Shown in pieces: positions 54,921 to 63,520 of a stretch of DNA of 64,000 nt (position 1 is the stretch's first letter; every line of letters begins with the position of its first letter). The stretch comes from Octopus sinensis (Eukaryota): contig NC_043002.1 of NCBI RefSeq assembly GCF_006345805.1, forward strand, positions 558,001 through 622,000, written 5' to 3'. A model generated the notes under the pieces. That model was not told the DNA's origin. It ran no database searches and saw only the letters and a program-made list of their open reading frames with translations. Both the position numbers and the translations under genes were made by a program.

Positions 54921-57900
54921 ACACACATATATATATACACACATATACATACATACACATACATATACACATATATACATATAAACATATATATATATAC
55001 ATCATCATCATCATCATCATCGTTTAGCGTCCGTGATGATGATGATGATATATATATGTTTATATGTATATATACATACATATATACATGTATGCATATA
55101 TATACATATATATACATCATTATCATCATCTTTTAACGTCCGCTTTCCATGCTAGCATGGGCTGGATGATTTGACTGAGGACTGATGAACCAGATGGCTG
55201 CACCAGGCTCCAATCTGATCTGGCAGAGTTTCTACAGCTGGATACCCTTCCTAACACCAACCACTCCAAGAATGTAGTGGGTGCTTTTATGTGCCACCAG
55301 CACAGGGGTCAGTCCAGCAGCACTGGCAACAACCTCACTCAAATGTTTTTTCACATGCCAGTAAAGTGATGCAGGTAACGATCACCCTCGAACAGTGCTT
55401 TTTATGTGCCACCGGCACGGAAGCCAGTGTGTTGGTCTGGCAACGATCACGCTCAGAGGGTACTCTTAGCGCTCCACTAGCACGGATGCCGGTCATCGAA
55501 TTTGATGTTGATTTTACTAGCCTCAACAGGTCTTCGCAAGCAGAGTTTAGTGTCCAATGAAGGAAAGGTATGCATAAGTGGGCTGGTTATACCCCTGGCA
55601 TAGGCCATGAAGTTATGGTCTCCCTCGGCTGGCCGGGTCTCCTCAAGTACAGCATATTTCCAAAGGTCCCGGTCACTAGTCATTGTCTCAGTGAGGCCTA
55701 ATGTTCAAAGGTTGTGCTTCATCACCTCATCCCAGGTCTTCCTGGGTCTACCTCTTCTATAGGTTCTCTCAACTGCTAGGGTGTGGCACCTTTTCACACA
55801 GCTACCCTCATCCATTCTCATACTTTTATATATGTACACATATATATATATATATATATAATGGGAAGCTTTATGAAAATAAACAAAAGACGAAGGCAGG
55901 TGGAGTACAAACAAACAATTGTATTAGTATGGCGCTCAGGAATATAAATAAAACAGGTCTTTTACGTTTCGAGCCTACGCTCTTCAACAGAAAGATACAC
56001 AGAAAAGAAACACTGAGAGATACAAGGAGAGAAAAAAAAATGTGTGCAGAAGCTAGCGATTCAACATGGCGATTCTGGCCAGAAGTCAGAGACCAAACGT
56101 GAGACGCAAGAGCGAAAATAGGGGAGATAACAGGGTCAAATGACTTTGCCCCAACATAAGGGTGCATGTGTGTGTATGAGAGAGTATGTGGTGCGTATGA
56201 AAGGTCTGGACGTGTGTATGTATGTATGTATGATGTGATGTGTAATGTCGTATGGTGTAGTGTAGAGAGGGGAGATGAGGGGGGAGAGTGAGAGAAAGTG
56301 GAGGAGGAGGGGGAGATTAGGGGGAAGGGTGAGAGGGGAAGAGGGGGAGGGAGGAGGGAGAAAAGGAAAGGTGAGAGTAAGGGGGAGGGGAGAAGGAAAG
56401 AAGGAGGGGTAAGAGTGAGATGAGATGGGGGGAGGGGGAGAAGAAAAGAGGGGAGGAAGGAGGAGAGGGAAGGGGGAGAAGGAAGGAGAGAAGAGGAGGA
56501 GAGGGGAAGGGGAGAAGGAAGGAGACATATGTATATATACACATATATACATGCATATACACACACACACATATATATACATACATATACATACAATGCT
56601 GTCTCTGATACCCCTTATTCTGCTTGTTCCCTAATTCCCACCCCTCAAACTGCACAGCTCAGCATCATCTATACGAACTTGTGCTCCTTATTTCCAAAGT
56701 TCAGCGAATTATTTACACTGGCCAAACGTGACTCCCCTGATGTGATAGCTATCACCGAGACTTGGCTGACTCCAGCAGTAAAGGACTCAGAAAATCCACC
56801 TACAGGGTTATGCCCTCTTCAGATGTGACAGAGAAAAAAGGCGAGGTGGAGGTGTTGCTGTGTATGTTAAATCTGATCTCAAAATGTCCAGCTGTATTCT
56901 ACCCACTAATGCTCAACCTACAACAAAATTCGATGCCGTCTATTACAAGCTGAGCCTATCTGGGTTTTGCCTGCCCGTGTTAGCTGTCTACAGGCCGCCT
57001 CTTGCCGACCCCCAGGACGATGCTCATTTACTCGAAGTGATAAGATTCGTTTCATCTTCTCATGACTGTTTGACATTAGGAGACTTCAACGCTCCCACGA
57101 TCGACTGGCCCACATCAATTTGTACATCATCTTCCCGGTTCGGCCAGGCCCTTCTTGATGTGGCTAAAGATTGTTTTCTATCGCAACATGTTGAATCTCC
57201 GACAAGGCATCGGTCTGGGCAGCAGTCATCTATGCTGGATCTGGTATTCTCCCGCTATCCAAGATCAGTGTCAGGCTTATCTGTGTGCGCCCCTCTTGCC
57301 AAGAGTGATCAGGCGGTCCTGAAGTTCGACATGCACACAACTTTTTCTACGCCCATGACTACTTCGCTGCCACGTAGAGTCTTCTCTGCAATCAATCTTG
57401 AAATTCTAACTGAGGCTTCTGCGCTTCTGGACTGGTGATCCCTGATGACGATGTCCTCAGTTGACGAACTATGGTCGTCCCTCAAAGCATATGTAATCTG
57501 ATTGACTGACCAAGCAGTTCCCGTTGGGCTTCCCAAGAAGAAGAAACACAAGCCCTGGGTTACGAAGAAGGTTAAACGAGAACTTTGACTCAGAGATATT
57601 GCTTGGGCTGAATTCAAAAATCTAGATTCAACTGCAGTTTTTGAGGTGTACAAAACTCAAAGAGACCAAGCCGTGAAAATTGAAAAGAAAGAACGCTTCA
57701 GATATGAATACAGAATCACGGCAAATGCCAGTCGCAATCCAAAAACCTTCTTTGCCCATGTCCAACGGAATTCCCGCTTGAACAACCAAATTGCAACGTT
57801 GGTGGACTCAACAGGCGTATCGATTGAGGACCCTTATCAGCAGAGTCAGTTATTTGTCGAGGCTTTTTCAACAATTTTCAAACAAGATGATGGTTGTGAA

Positions 57901-60806
57901 CCCCCTCCATTTGATAGATCGGTACCTCCAATGCCTAGATTGGTCATCACTCGTGACGAAGTTGAACGCGTTATTCAAGGCCTCGATGTCAACAAGGGTT
58001 ATGACCCTGACGGCATACACCCACGGGTTATCAAAGCGTTGGCTCCGGTCATCTCCGAGCCTTTAACACGTCTATTCAATATGTCATTGGTGACGGGTGT
58101 TATACCTGCGGACTGGAGAACAGCGATAATCAGCTCAATTTTCAAGAAAGGGAGCCACGAAGACCCGCTTAACTACCGACCGGTTTTCCTTACTTCAATA
58201 ATCAGCAGGATGTTCGAAACCATCTTCAAGAAAAGTATGTTGCTCCACCTCCAAAACACAGCCTCTATCTCTGATTCCCAATACGGCTTCGTGCCGAAGA
58301 GATCATGCTTGACCAGCTTACTGGTAATGGAAGAATTGGTGGCGCGTATCCTGGATGATGGTGATGCTGTTGACATCGTTTTATTGGACTTTGCCAAAGC
58401 CTTTGACTCGGTTAACCACCGCCTATTACTTGTCAAGCTTCAAGCATATCGTTTCCATCCGGATATTGTACGATGGGTTGGTGCCTTCCTCTCAGATCGC
58501 TCCTTCCAAGTCCAAGTTAATGGTTCGCTGTCCGACGTCTCCAGTGCGAGCAGTGGCGTACCTCAAGGTTCAGTGCTTGGGCCGTTATTATTTTTAGTCT
58601 TCATCAATGACTTGCCCGACGACCTCACACAACACACCCTACTATTTGCCGACGATGTCAAACTGGTCGCTCCTCGCAGTGATATAGATGATCTTCATCG
58701 ATGCCTCCACCAAGTTTGGAGATGGTCAAACGAATGGGACCTGTGTCTGAACGTGTCAAAGTGCTGTCATCTGCCTGTTGGCTCCTCTCCTGCAACTCAA
58801 CTTGATTTCGAGCCGGGTCGTGTGCTGCTGGAGAAAACCAACCAGGTAAAGGACCTGGGTATCTTGGTGGATTCTTCCTTTTCGCCTTCGGCCCAATGCG
58901 TCCATGCTGCCAACAAAGCACGCGGAGTTCTGTTTTTGATTCGACGGTCATTCGGAATGCTCACAGCAGCCATATTCCTACCGCTCTATGTCACGCTGGT
59001 GAGACCCATATTGGAGTACAGGATTCAAGCCTCTTCTCCTTATCTCCTCAAAGACATACATCATCTCGAAAGAGTCCAGAAGCTGGCTACCCGCATGGTT
59101 CTTGGTCTCAAGCATTTGTCTTATGAAGAAAGGCTGAAGACGCTCGACCTTTATTCTCTAGAAAAACGACGACGCCATGGTGATCTCATTCTTGCTCACA
59201 ACAACATAAGCGGAAAGTGTAACTTCTTGAAAGAGCTGTTCTTCACTGCTGCTCCAGAGCGTCGGCTGCGGGGTCACTCCAAAAAGCTCTATCTGCGACG
59301 ATTTCATCCCAATCGAAGGAGAGGGGCTTTCTCCGTCCGGGTTGCGGATCCGTGGAATAAGCTGCCGGACGAGATAGTGAAGATGCCGACGACCGCTCAG
59401 TTCAAAGTCCCTCTTGACCAGAAATGGCCTGAACTCTTTGCAGGAACACCCTCCCTGTACATAACTCCATGTCCCCCTACATGGCCTTGCTTTTTGAGCC
59501 AAAAAATTAACTTAACTAACTTAACATATATATATGATGATGATATATATATATACACACACACACACACATCATCATCATTTCTCATACTAAATGCCCT
59601 TCCTAACGCCATCCACTCTGAGAATGTAGTGGGCGCTTTTTTTCGATTTGATTGTGATTTTTTAATTTACTTGACTCAATAGATCTCCTTAAGCACAGTG
59701 TGTCGCCTGAAGATTCAAAGATACTTTTTAAATGGGCTGCTTATGTGGCATTGGTACAGGCTACAACTGTGATCTCACTTTACTTGCCGGGTCTTTTCAA
59801 TTACAGCAGATCTCCAGAGGTCCCGGTCTCTTACCATTGCCTCTGTGAGGCCCATCGTACACAAACACACGTCTGATGCAAACAGGAAAAGTAGAACTCA
59901 AAACAGGTATTCATACAAGTTTCTTGTATAAAGTGTATGTGTGTGTGTGTGTATGTATGTATGCATGTATGTATTATGTGTGTATGTAAAAGGCAACACC
60001 TGAAAGACAACTTGATGTTCGTGTTGTAATCGTTAATGTTTACAGGTGAATGAATATATCTTTCCTTGTGATTTCAAGTTACAAAGATTTTCAAACATAT
60101 ACACCTTTATTAAACGAAAAGTTGATGGTGATAACGATGCATTTAAAGTAATATAATATAGATGAGAAGATACGTGATTTAACAGCATCGTTAAACCCTT
60201 TCTATTATAATATTACATGGTAAAAATAACAAAACTATACTAATAGTTGGTCAGAATTCCCGAAATATCTAAAATTCTGTAAACAGAATTATTTTGAAAG
60301 AGAAAAGGTAAAACAGAAGTTTTCTTTACAACATCGATGTTTAAACCATAAATAAATGTTATTTTTAGTGAGATGGAAATGATGAAAGTGCGAGATGATA
60401 ATTATTAGTGACTACTGTTGCCATGGAAACAATAAATAATCTTCCCAATTTTAAGTGATTTGTCAAATTTAGCAAGTTTCCCCCTTTTGTTTTGATTAAA
60501 ATACCTTTAATTTATCAAAACAAGTTAGGCATAAGTTTCCACTTTTTACTGCTTTCCAGCGATCGAACGAAGGTGTAAATAAATGAAAATACAGAATGAA
60601 TTATTAGTTTTAAAAAGAAATCCTATAATTTAAGTAATTGCTATCATAACATATTTTGTTTGGTTTTTAAAATGAAAACCTTCAATTAAAAGTAATTAAA
60701 ATTGTTACTTACGGGACACCGCTGCCACGTGCAATGAAGTTCCAAAAATATAGAATAACGAGACGGCAATACAAGACAAAGAGAGGATATTGTGCCAGGG
60801 GTTCAT
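1237..60806 (-). CDS. TCTN2: Multi-exon gene model (3' end probably outside window): signal peptide + cbEGF repeats + beta-sandwich-like repeats + Tectonic Cys-rich domain; tectonic-2-like
   Basis: Hand-traced exons with AG/GT boundaries whose phases chain without a break: 60806-60713 (ends phase 1), EGF exons (1-1), 24653-24429 (1-1), 21556-21492 (1-0), 19487-19391 (0-1), 17205-17179 (1-1), 16817-16735 (1-0), 14249-14117 (0-1), 13653-13574 (1-0), 9201-9021 (0-1), 2752-2640 (1-0), 1475-1237 (0-2). Tectonic identity is strong; joining of the 5' half across the N gap is inferred. Confidence 0.6.
2640..2752 (-). CDS. TCTN2: Tectonic Cys-rich signature exon: (L)[37 protein letters not shown]
   Basis: Acceptor ttttattttctag|TA, donor TCT|gtaagt. 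The C-x-C-D-L-x4-C-D-x-N-C-C-C-D motif is the hallmark of the tectonic (DUF1619) family. Confidence 0.9.
2934..5316 (+). mobile_element. RTE-clade LINE, 5'-truncated, decayed
   Basis: RT motifs ([28 protein letters not shown]) with stops and frameshifts, followed by a 3'UTR and (GAT)n tail. Confidence 0.9.
5330..7975 (+). mobile_element. RTE-clade LINE, second tandem copy, decayed
   Basis: Same RT motifs ([18 protein letters not shown]), 3'UTR and (GAT)n tail. Confidence 0.9.
8025..8176 (+). mobile_element. tRNA-derived SINE (partial copies also at ~45800-45880, ~51805-51850, ~30870-30970 minus)
   Basis: tgtgtggtaagaagcttgcttcccaaccacatggttccaggttcagtcccactg followed by gcaccttgggcaagtgtctt. 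Confidence 0.7.
8177..8770 (-). mobile_element. RTE 3'UTR/tail copy containing a ~63-bp minisatellite (8366-8760)
   Basis: (CAT)n + cgtttaacgtccgctttccatgctagcatggg; unit tatgtgccaccgacacaggtgccagacgaggctggcagacggccacgctcggatggtgtttt about 6 times. Confidence 0.85.
9021..9201 (-). CDS. Exon: [60 protein letters not shown]
   Basis: Acceptor ttttttcccttag|GTT, donor T|gtaagt. 181 nt open, phase 0-1, fits both neighbouring exons. Confidence 0.75.
9400..11752 (+). mobile_element. Penelope-like element (RT + C-terminal GIY-YIG), near full length, inactivated
   Basis: [36 protein letters not shown], Cys-rich linker, NVVYSIRC, then [13 protein letters not shown]...LYQH in a shifted frame. Several stops. 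Confidence 0.9.
13574..13653 (-). CDS. Exon: (N)[26 protein letters not shown]
   Basis: Acceptor tattttacag|AC, donor AAG|gttaga. 80 nt, phase 1-0. Confidence 0.65.
14117..14249 (-). CDS. Exon: [44 protein letters not shown]
   Basis: Acceptor ctttatttag|GTG, donor A|gtgagt. 133 nt open, phase 0-1. Confidence 0.7.
14400..15950 (-). mobile_element. Old L2/CR1-group LINE, highly decayed
   Basis: Fragments [10 protein letters not shown] (DISKAFDRVW-like) and HIQRNA..LIG recognisable across frameshifts. Confidence 0.6.
16735..16817 (-). CDS. Exon: (G)[27 protein letters not shown]
   Basis: Acceptor ttttttgttccag|GA, donor CAG|gtaatt. 83 nt, phase 1-0. Confidence 0.65.
17179..17205 (-). CDS. 27-nt microexon: (A)TVLASKTT
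   Basis: Acceptor attttcag|CT, donor CAG|gtatga. Symmetric phase 1-1. Short, so it could be a chance match. Confidence 0.45.
17223..18560 (-). mobile_element. RTE-clade LINE 3' fragment
   Basis: [24 protein letters not shown], 3'UTR and (CAT)n on the plus strand. Confidence 0.85.
19391..19487 (-). CDS. Exon: [32 protein letters not shown]
   Basis: Acceptor tttttaactcaacag|ATT, donor G|gtaatg. 97 nt, phase 0-1. Y-C-x-A-N-S-x-x-G resembles an Ig F-G strand. Confidence 0.75.
21492..21556 (-). CDS. Exon: (D)[21 protein letters not shown]
   Basis: Acceptor atcatttcag|AT, donor GAA|gtaagt. 65 nt, phase 1-0. Confidence 0.7.
22252..22337. repeat. 23-bp minisatellite x4 (aatgcagcatccctggtcagctg)
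   Basis: Starts at 22252, 22275, 22298 and 22321. Confidence 0.9.
24429..24653 (-). CDS. Exon: (V)[74 protein letters not shown]
   Basis: Acceptor ttgttttag|TC, donor G|gtaaga. 225 nt open, phase 1-1. IVYTL..S.V.V.CQ parallels ISYTV..S.V.V.CE of exon 19487. Contains an internal duplication (VVCQQE x2). Confidence 0.55.
25200..26050 (-). mobile_element. RTE 3' fragment
   Basis: [24 protein letters not shown] and the 3'UTR motif. Confidence 0.8.
26225..27410 (+). mobile_element. RTE 3' fragment, decayed
   Basis: [17 protein letters not shown], 3'UTR ccaacccatgccagcatggaaa. Confidence 0.75.
27800..28600. mobile_element. RTE RT fragment (minus) followed by an RTE 3'UTR copy (plus)
   Basis: FVNLEKAF-like segment on the minus strand; aaagcacccactacactctcggagtggttggc...(GAT)n on the plus strand. 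Confidence 0.65.
29698..29797. other. Assembly gap (100 N)
   Basis: Exactly 100 N, typical of a placeholder of unknown size. Confidence 0.99.
29800..30810 (-). mobile_element. RTE 3' fragment
   Basis: [28 protein letters not shown], 3'UTR and tail. Confidence 0.8.
32834..32959 (-). CDS. cbEGF exon A (unit 1): [42 protein letters not shown]
   Basis: ttgcag|AC ... AG|gttagt. 126 nt, 6 Cys, D-x-D-E-C and C-x-N-x4-F-x-C motifs. Confidence 0.85.
33176..33298 (-). CDS. cbEGF exon B (unit 1): [41 protein letters not shown]
   Basis: tttccag|AT ... AG|gttggt. 123 nt, phase 1-1, cbEGF consensus. Confidence 0.85.
34704..34829 (-). CDS. cbEGF exon A (unit 2), intact
   Basis: Same peptide and splice sites as 32834-32959. 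Confidence 0.75.
35047..35169 (-). CDS. cbEGF exon B (unit 2), intact
   Basis: Same peptide and splice sites as 33176-33298. Confidence 0.75.
36407..38480 (+). mobile_element. CR1-group LINE, 5'-truncated, 586-codon open RT frame, (TTA)n tail
   Basis: [52 protein letters not shown]. Inserted in array unit 3 at cgggttagtgc|...|aaggcttcc with no TSD. Confidence 0.95.
38647..38772 (-). CDS. cbEGF exon A (unit 3), intact, M>L change
   Basis: 126 nt with splice sites preserved; ATG>TTG in SCMN. Confidence 0.7.
38989..39110 (-). pseudogene. cbEGF exon B (unit 3), 1-bp deletion frameshift
   Basis: 122 nt; gaacaagttg vs gaacaaagttg in intact copies. Could be a sequencing error. Confidence 0.6.
40371..40423 (-). 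pseudogene. cbEGF exon A (unit 4), 3' half and donor deleted
   Basis: Junction gcaacatgGCtagcctc removes ~198 bp relative to unit 1. Confidence 0.75.
40641..40762 (-). pseudogene. cbEGF exon B (unit 4), 1-bp deletion frameshift
   Basis: 122 nt; acaatgactcc vs acaattgactcc. Confidence 0.6.
42046..42098 (-). pseudogene. cbEGF exon A (unit 5), same ~198-bp deletion as unit 4
   Basis: Identical junction sequence acatggctagcctcaagtgccc. Confidence 0.75.
42316..42438 (-). CDS. cbEGF exon B (unit 5), coding intact, weaker donor
   Basis: 123 nt open; donor gtcggt instead of gttggt. Confidence 0.6.
42695..43095 (-). mobile_element. Helitron Rep-helicase (PIF1-like) fragment
   Basis: [10 protein letters not shown]...[11 protein letters not shown]...ERAILTPRN...YPIEFPN.LD...[11 protein letters not shown]. 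Confidence 0.8.
43489..43614 (-). CDS. Divergent cbEGF exon A0: [42 protein letters not shown]
   Basis: ttgcag|AC ... AG|gtgagt. 126 nt. All 6 Cys kept despite many substitutions relative to exon A. Confidence 0.85.
43797..43921 (-). pseudogene. Degenerate cbEGF exon B0 ([30 protein letters not shown])
   Basis: Homologous to exon B but has lost several Cys, is out of frame from its acceptor and has no good donor. Confidence 0.65.
45998..46048 (-). ncRNA. Type I hammerhead ribozyme motif (intact copy)
   Basis: AGCUUC-CUGAAGA-(weak stem II)-GAAACAG-UUCUAGUC-CUGUA/GAAGCU: 6-bp stem I, 4-bp stem III, GUA cleavage triplet. Confidence 0.7.
46045..46095 (+). ncRNA. Type I hammerhead motif, mirror copy with one stem I mismatch
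   Basis: Other arm of the 45979-46114 palindrome; G>A at 46090, next to the cleavage site. Confidence 0.55.
46200..46400 (+). mobile_element. Penelope-like GIY-YIG C-terminal relic
   Basis: [23 protein letters not shown]...PY.GG.KIC. Confidence 0.55.
46760..47520 (+). mobile_element. RTE-type LINE AP-endonuclease region, decayed
   Basis: [48 protein letters not shown]. Confidence 0.75.
47830..48410 (-). mobile_element. RTE 3' fragment
   Basis: (CAT)n, 3'UTR motif, and [13 protein letters not shown] on the minus strand. Confidence 0.75.
48737..48827 (-). CDS. Candidate exon: [29 protein letters not shown] (Cys spacing like the end of an ADAMTS-type TSP1 repeat)
   Basis: Acceptor tttttcacttccag|TT, donor CC|gtaatg. 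91 nt open, phase 1-2. No phase 2-1 partner exon found. Confidence 0.3.
51271..51357. mobile_element. Tiny Tc1/mariner-type MITE
   Basis: TA|cagaggtccc..atctacgtaac ... gttacgtagat..gggacctg|TA: imperfect TIRs and a TA duplication. Confidence 0.55.
51370..51560 (+). mobile_element. Probable RTE C-terminal C2H2 zinc-finger relic
   Basis: [24 protein letters not shown]; no splice context. Confidence 0.4.
51960..52265 (-). mobile_element. Penelope-like GIY-YIG relic with an internal inverted duplication
   Basis: [20 protein letters not shown]...[11 protein letters not shown]...FSW, then TCHNCL. Confidence 0.7.
52290..52930 (-). mobile_element. Decayed CR1-group LINE RT fragment
   Basis: [33 protein letters not shown]. 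Confidence 0.8.
53430..53716. repeat. (AT/AC)-rich compound microsatellites (others at 11815-12290, 45900-45980, 54890-55130, 61325-61545)
   Basis: Direct inspection. Confidence 0.95.
53862..54889 (+). mobile_element. Non-autonomous Helitron
   Basis: A|TC 5' end with (CTGT)n, subterminal hairpin gacc..ggtc (54860-54878), CTAG|T 3' end. Confidence 0.75.
55130..55820 (-). mobile_element. RTE 3' end with full 3'UTR
   Basis: [21 protein letters not shown], 3'UTR and (CAT)n. Confidence 0.85.
55958..55995 (-). ncRNA. Minimal type I hammerhead motif of the Penelope-associated kind, within a ~200-bp repeat (55862-56050)
   Basis: UCUUU-CUGUUGA-A-GAGC(GUAG)GCUC-GAAACGUA/AAAGA: 5-bp stem I, palindromic ACGU stem III, A6>U core variant. 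Confidence 0.6.
56595..59520 (+). mobile_element. Near-complete CR1-group LINE ORF2 (APE + RT) with TAAC-type tail
   Basis: [60 protein letters not shown]. One frameshift near 56805 and a few stops. Confidence 0.95.
60417..60430. promoter_or_regulatory. RFX X-box GTTGCCATGGAAAC
   Basis: Matches the GTYNCY-AT-RGNAAC consensus; ~280 bp into intron 1 of a putative ciliary gene. Confidence 0.6.
60713..60806 (-). CDS. First coding exon, signal peptide: [31 protein letters not shown]
   Basis: ATG at 60806, hydrophobic core with small residues at the C-terminal end, strong donor C|gtaagt, phase 1. Confidence 0.75.
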
Positions 60807-61497
60807 AATTTTGTCCTGGTTCAAAGCAGCGAATATTCAAACACACCTGAATACAGACACCTTCCTCGCAATTAACTCTTTTCGTGGGACTGGAAGATTA
60901 AGGTGAGATCGCTTGACTTTTATAAGACATTGAAGCAGCAGCCACAATACGAGTAGTAGTAGTAGTGGTGGTCGTGGTGGTATTATTATTATTATCCTTA
61001 TTATTATTATTATTATTAGTAGTAGTAGTAGTAGCAGCAGCAGCAGCATTGACAGTTGTCATTGTATTAGTAGTAGTTGTTCATCTATCGAACTCATTGA
61101 ATGGCCCAGGACAGTGACAACAAGAATACATTTTATCAATACAACCCACACCTATAATAAAGCTTCTCAAATGTTTCTAACAAGCAGGACAACCGCCGCC
61201 GCCGCCAATGTCGCCTTTTTTTTTAAATAGAAGACACTGCAAACTCTGTGTTTCGTTGAACAACTAATTGGAATCTATTGTTTCAGAGATTTTACTCTGG
61301 ACCCTTTTTTCTCTTCCCCTAACACGCGCGCGCGCACACACACACACACGTATGGATGTATTTATGTATGTATGTACACGTATGTGTGTGTGTGTGTATA
61401 CATACACATATGTTTTATATCTATATGTATGTATGTATGTGTGTATGTATGTGTGTGTACGTGTGTGTTTATGTATGTGTGTGTGTGTAGGTGTGTA

Positions 61498-61549
<52 letters not shown>

Positions 61550-61919
61550 GGTAAGATCCAAAGATCAAGGTGTAGGAAGTTAGTGTGTTTTAAGCAATCT
61601 GTAGAAGATATATAAAAAAAGGCAACTTTCAGGAACAAATCTGAGCCTATATGAGGTGCTTATAATGTTTTTCTCTCTAGCTGTACTTTCTACACATTTT
61701 GATTGACCTCTCGACGAATTAACATGGGATCTCCTAATGACAATGTAAACTTCATATAATTAAGGTATTCTTGGCCTGAAGAGTACCTTACAGTTTACCC
61801 CTCGTTTAAATAATTACTACTTCCAAAGTTCTGCTAGTTATGAAACATATGTAGCCTGGATTTTATCTGCTCCACTCCTTAATTTGTGTGTGTGTGTGTG
61901 TGTGTATACATATGTATAT

Positions 61920-62300
61920 AATAAGGGTAAAAAATGATATTAATTAGATTAATATCAATTTAAACCCGTGGCCTAGCATATTGAAAAAAATCTGAAGATT
62001 CAGAAAATTATATTGTATACATATAAGAGGAATGACCACTAGGTGAATTCCTAATATGCTAAAGGTAGACCCCATATGGTCTGACCACTAAGAAAAATTG
62101 TTCTCAAGACATTTCGGCAAACACCAGAATGTAAAGCGAGCAATAGGCAATAAAAATTAAAATAACTAATTTTAACCATAGTCTGAAACAGCTGTAAGAA
62201 GTGATTTTAATGATTTCAATAATTTATTATGATTTTTATAATTTGTATTCTTATCTTATATGTATTGAATTATAAGATATATATATGTATGCTATTAAGA
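61920..62300 (+). repeat. Unclassified interspersed repeat (second copy ~29340-29615, minus)
   Basis: Shared blocks ataagggt..ctagcata..ctgaag..accacta..atatgcta..tgttctcaaga between the two sites. Confidence 0.55.
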
Positions 62301-62449
62301 TTCTCAATTTGTTAAATGAATAAATAATCTAACATTCTAATATCTGAAAGTTGATGAACAAACTAAATTTGTTTCTCCATTTTCTTATTTGTATTATATA
62401 TATATATATATATATACACTTAGAAAGCCTAGGCCACGACTAAATTAAA

Positions 62450-63520
62450 AGCACCATCTGGAAAAAGACATTTAATGATACCTCATATTAGTCATTCTGT
62501 GAGCACCATAGCCCATTCAAGCAAAGAGTTATTGCTTGCAGAGATCCAGGTGTTAGGTTGTTTATCTGGAATTTGTCAAAAAAATTCATCCAGGAACCAT
62601 TTGAATGTTGTGAATTTTTTCTTCTCTTATAAGGTTTGGTATGATGTTAAAGTGAACAGGGCTTGCTGAGGTGAAATACTTCTGTCTTAGTGTTATGTTG
62701 TGACACGAACATGGCTTTTGTAGAGGACAGATAGCACAGTGACCAAACCTCGGATGAATTTTAAAGTTGATGCCATCATCATTTGGGTAGTGCTGCTGGA
62801 ATATTTTTCACATCATATGAATGATATAGCAGTCATGTTAGAGGAAATACACCTTGAGTTTCTCAAGATGAGCTCAATAATCAAGACTTGTTATGTTGCC
62901 CATTTTCCTTATGATCTATCATTGGGTTGCTTCAATTTATAATATTTTGTTTCGTGTAGGAAGACCACAGCAGACAACAGTATTCAAGGTGAGGACAGGT
63001 GAAGATAGAGAATGATAATGTCAGAAGTGTCTCTACACCAAAAAGTCCCATCCTGAGGAATCCAATAGTAAATTCTGTGGGCCCATGTCATTTTTGCTCT
63101 TGTTGTGGGCATTCCAGCTTAAGTTGTTGTGGATAGTTTCTCCAAGGTCCCTAGCTGTGTTTGATGCTATGAGGTTTTGCCCAAGGGAGGAGTGTATGGT
63201 TGCTTAAGAGCAGCCTCTTTACTAAAGTGGATTAATTTGAATTTTTGGAAAAAAATCAGACATTTTGTTTTTATTCTGATGTTGTATCAAAGCAACACAA
63301 ACTTATTTTTTATGTTGCTTTCCAGCTGTTCTTCAATCATTTTGTTTGTAATTAATTGCTTTCCCAAAGTTCTTCCCGATATTTTTTGTTATCTATTTAT
63401 ATTATTTCTCAATCTCCTATAATCAGTTTATTGTTTATCATCCATATTCTCTCTTCAATGTTGACTTTTCTCTTTGATATCATAATATCCTGTATATTTG
63501 AATTAGTAAGTCCATGTACC
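62450..63520 (-). mobile_element. Old CR1-group LINE relic
   Basis: Degenerate LIHF, RD...IILYL..SP.LEY.S-like and RRLRY-like segments across frameshifts. Confidence 0.5.

Noticed and set aside
53277-55136. Long Tyr/Ile/Cys/His-rich ORFs (also 11813-12356, 55871-56655, 61264-61638)
   Set aside because: Translations of microsatellites and purine tracts.
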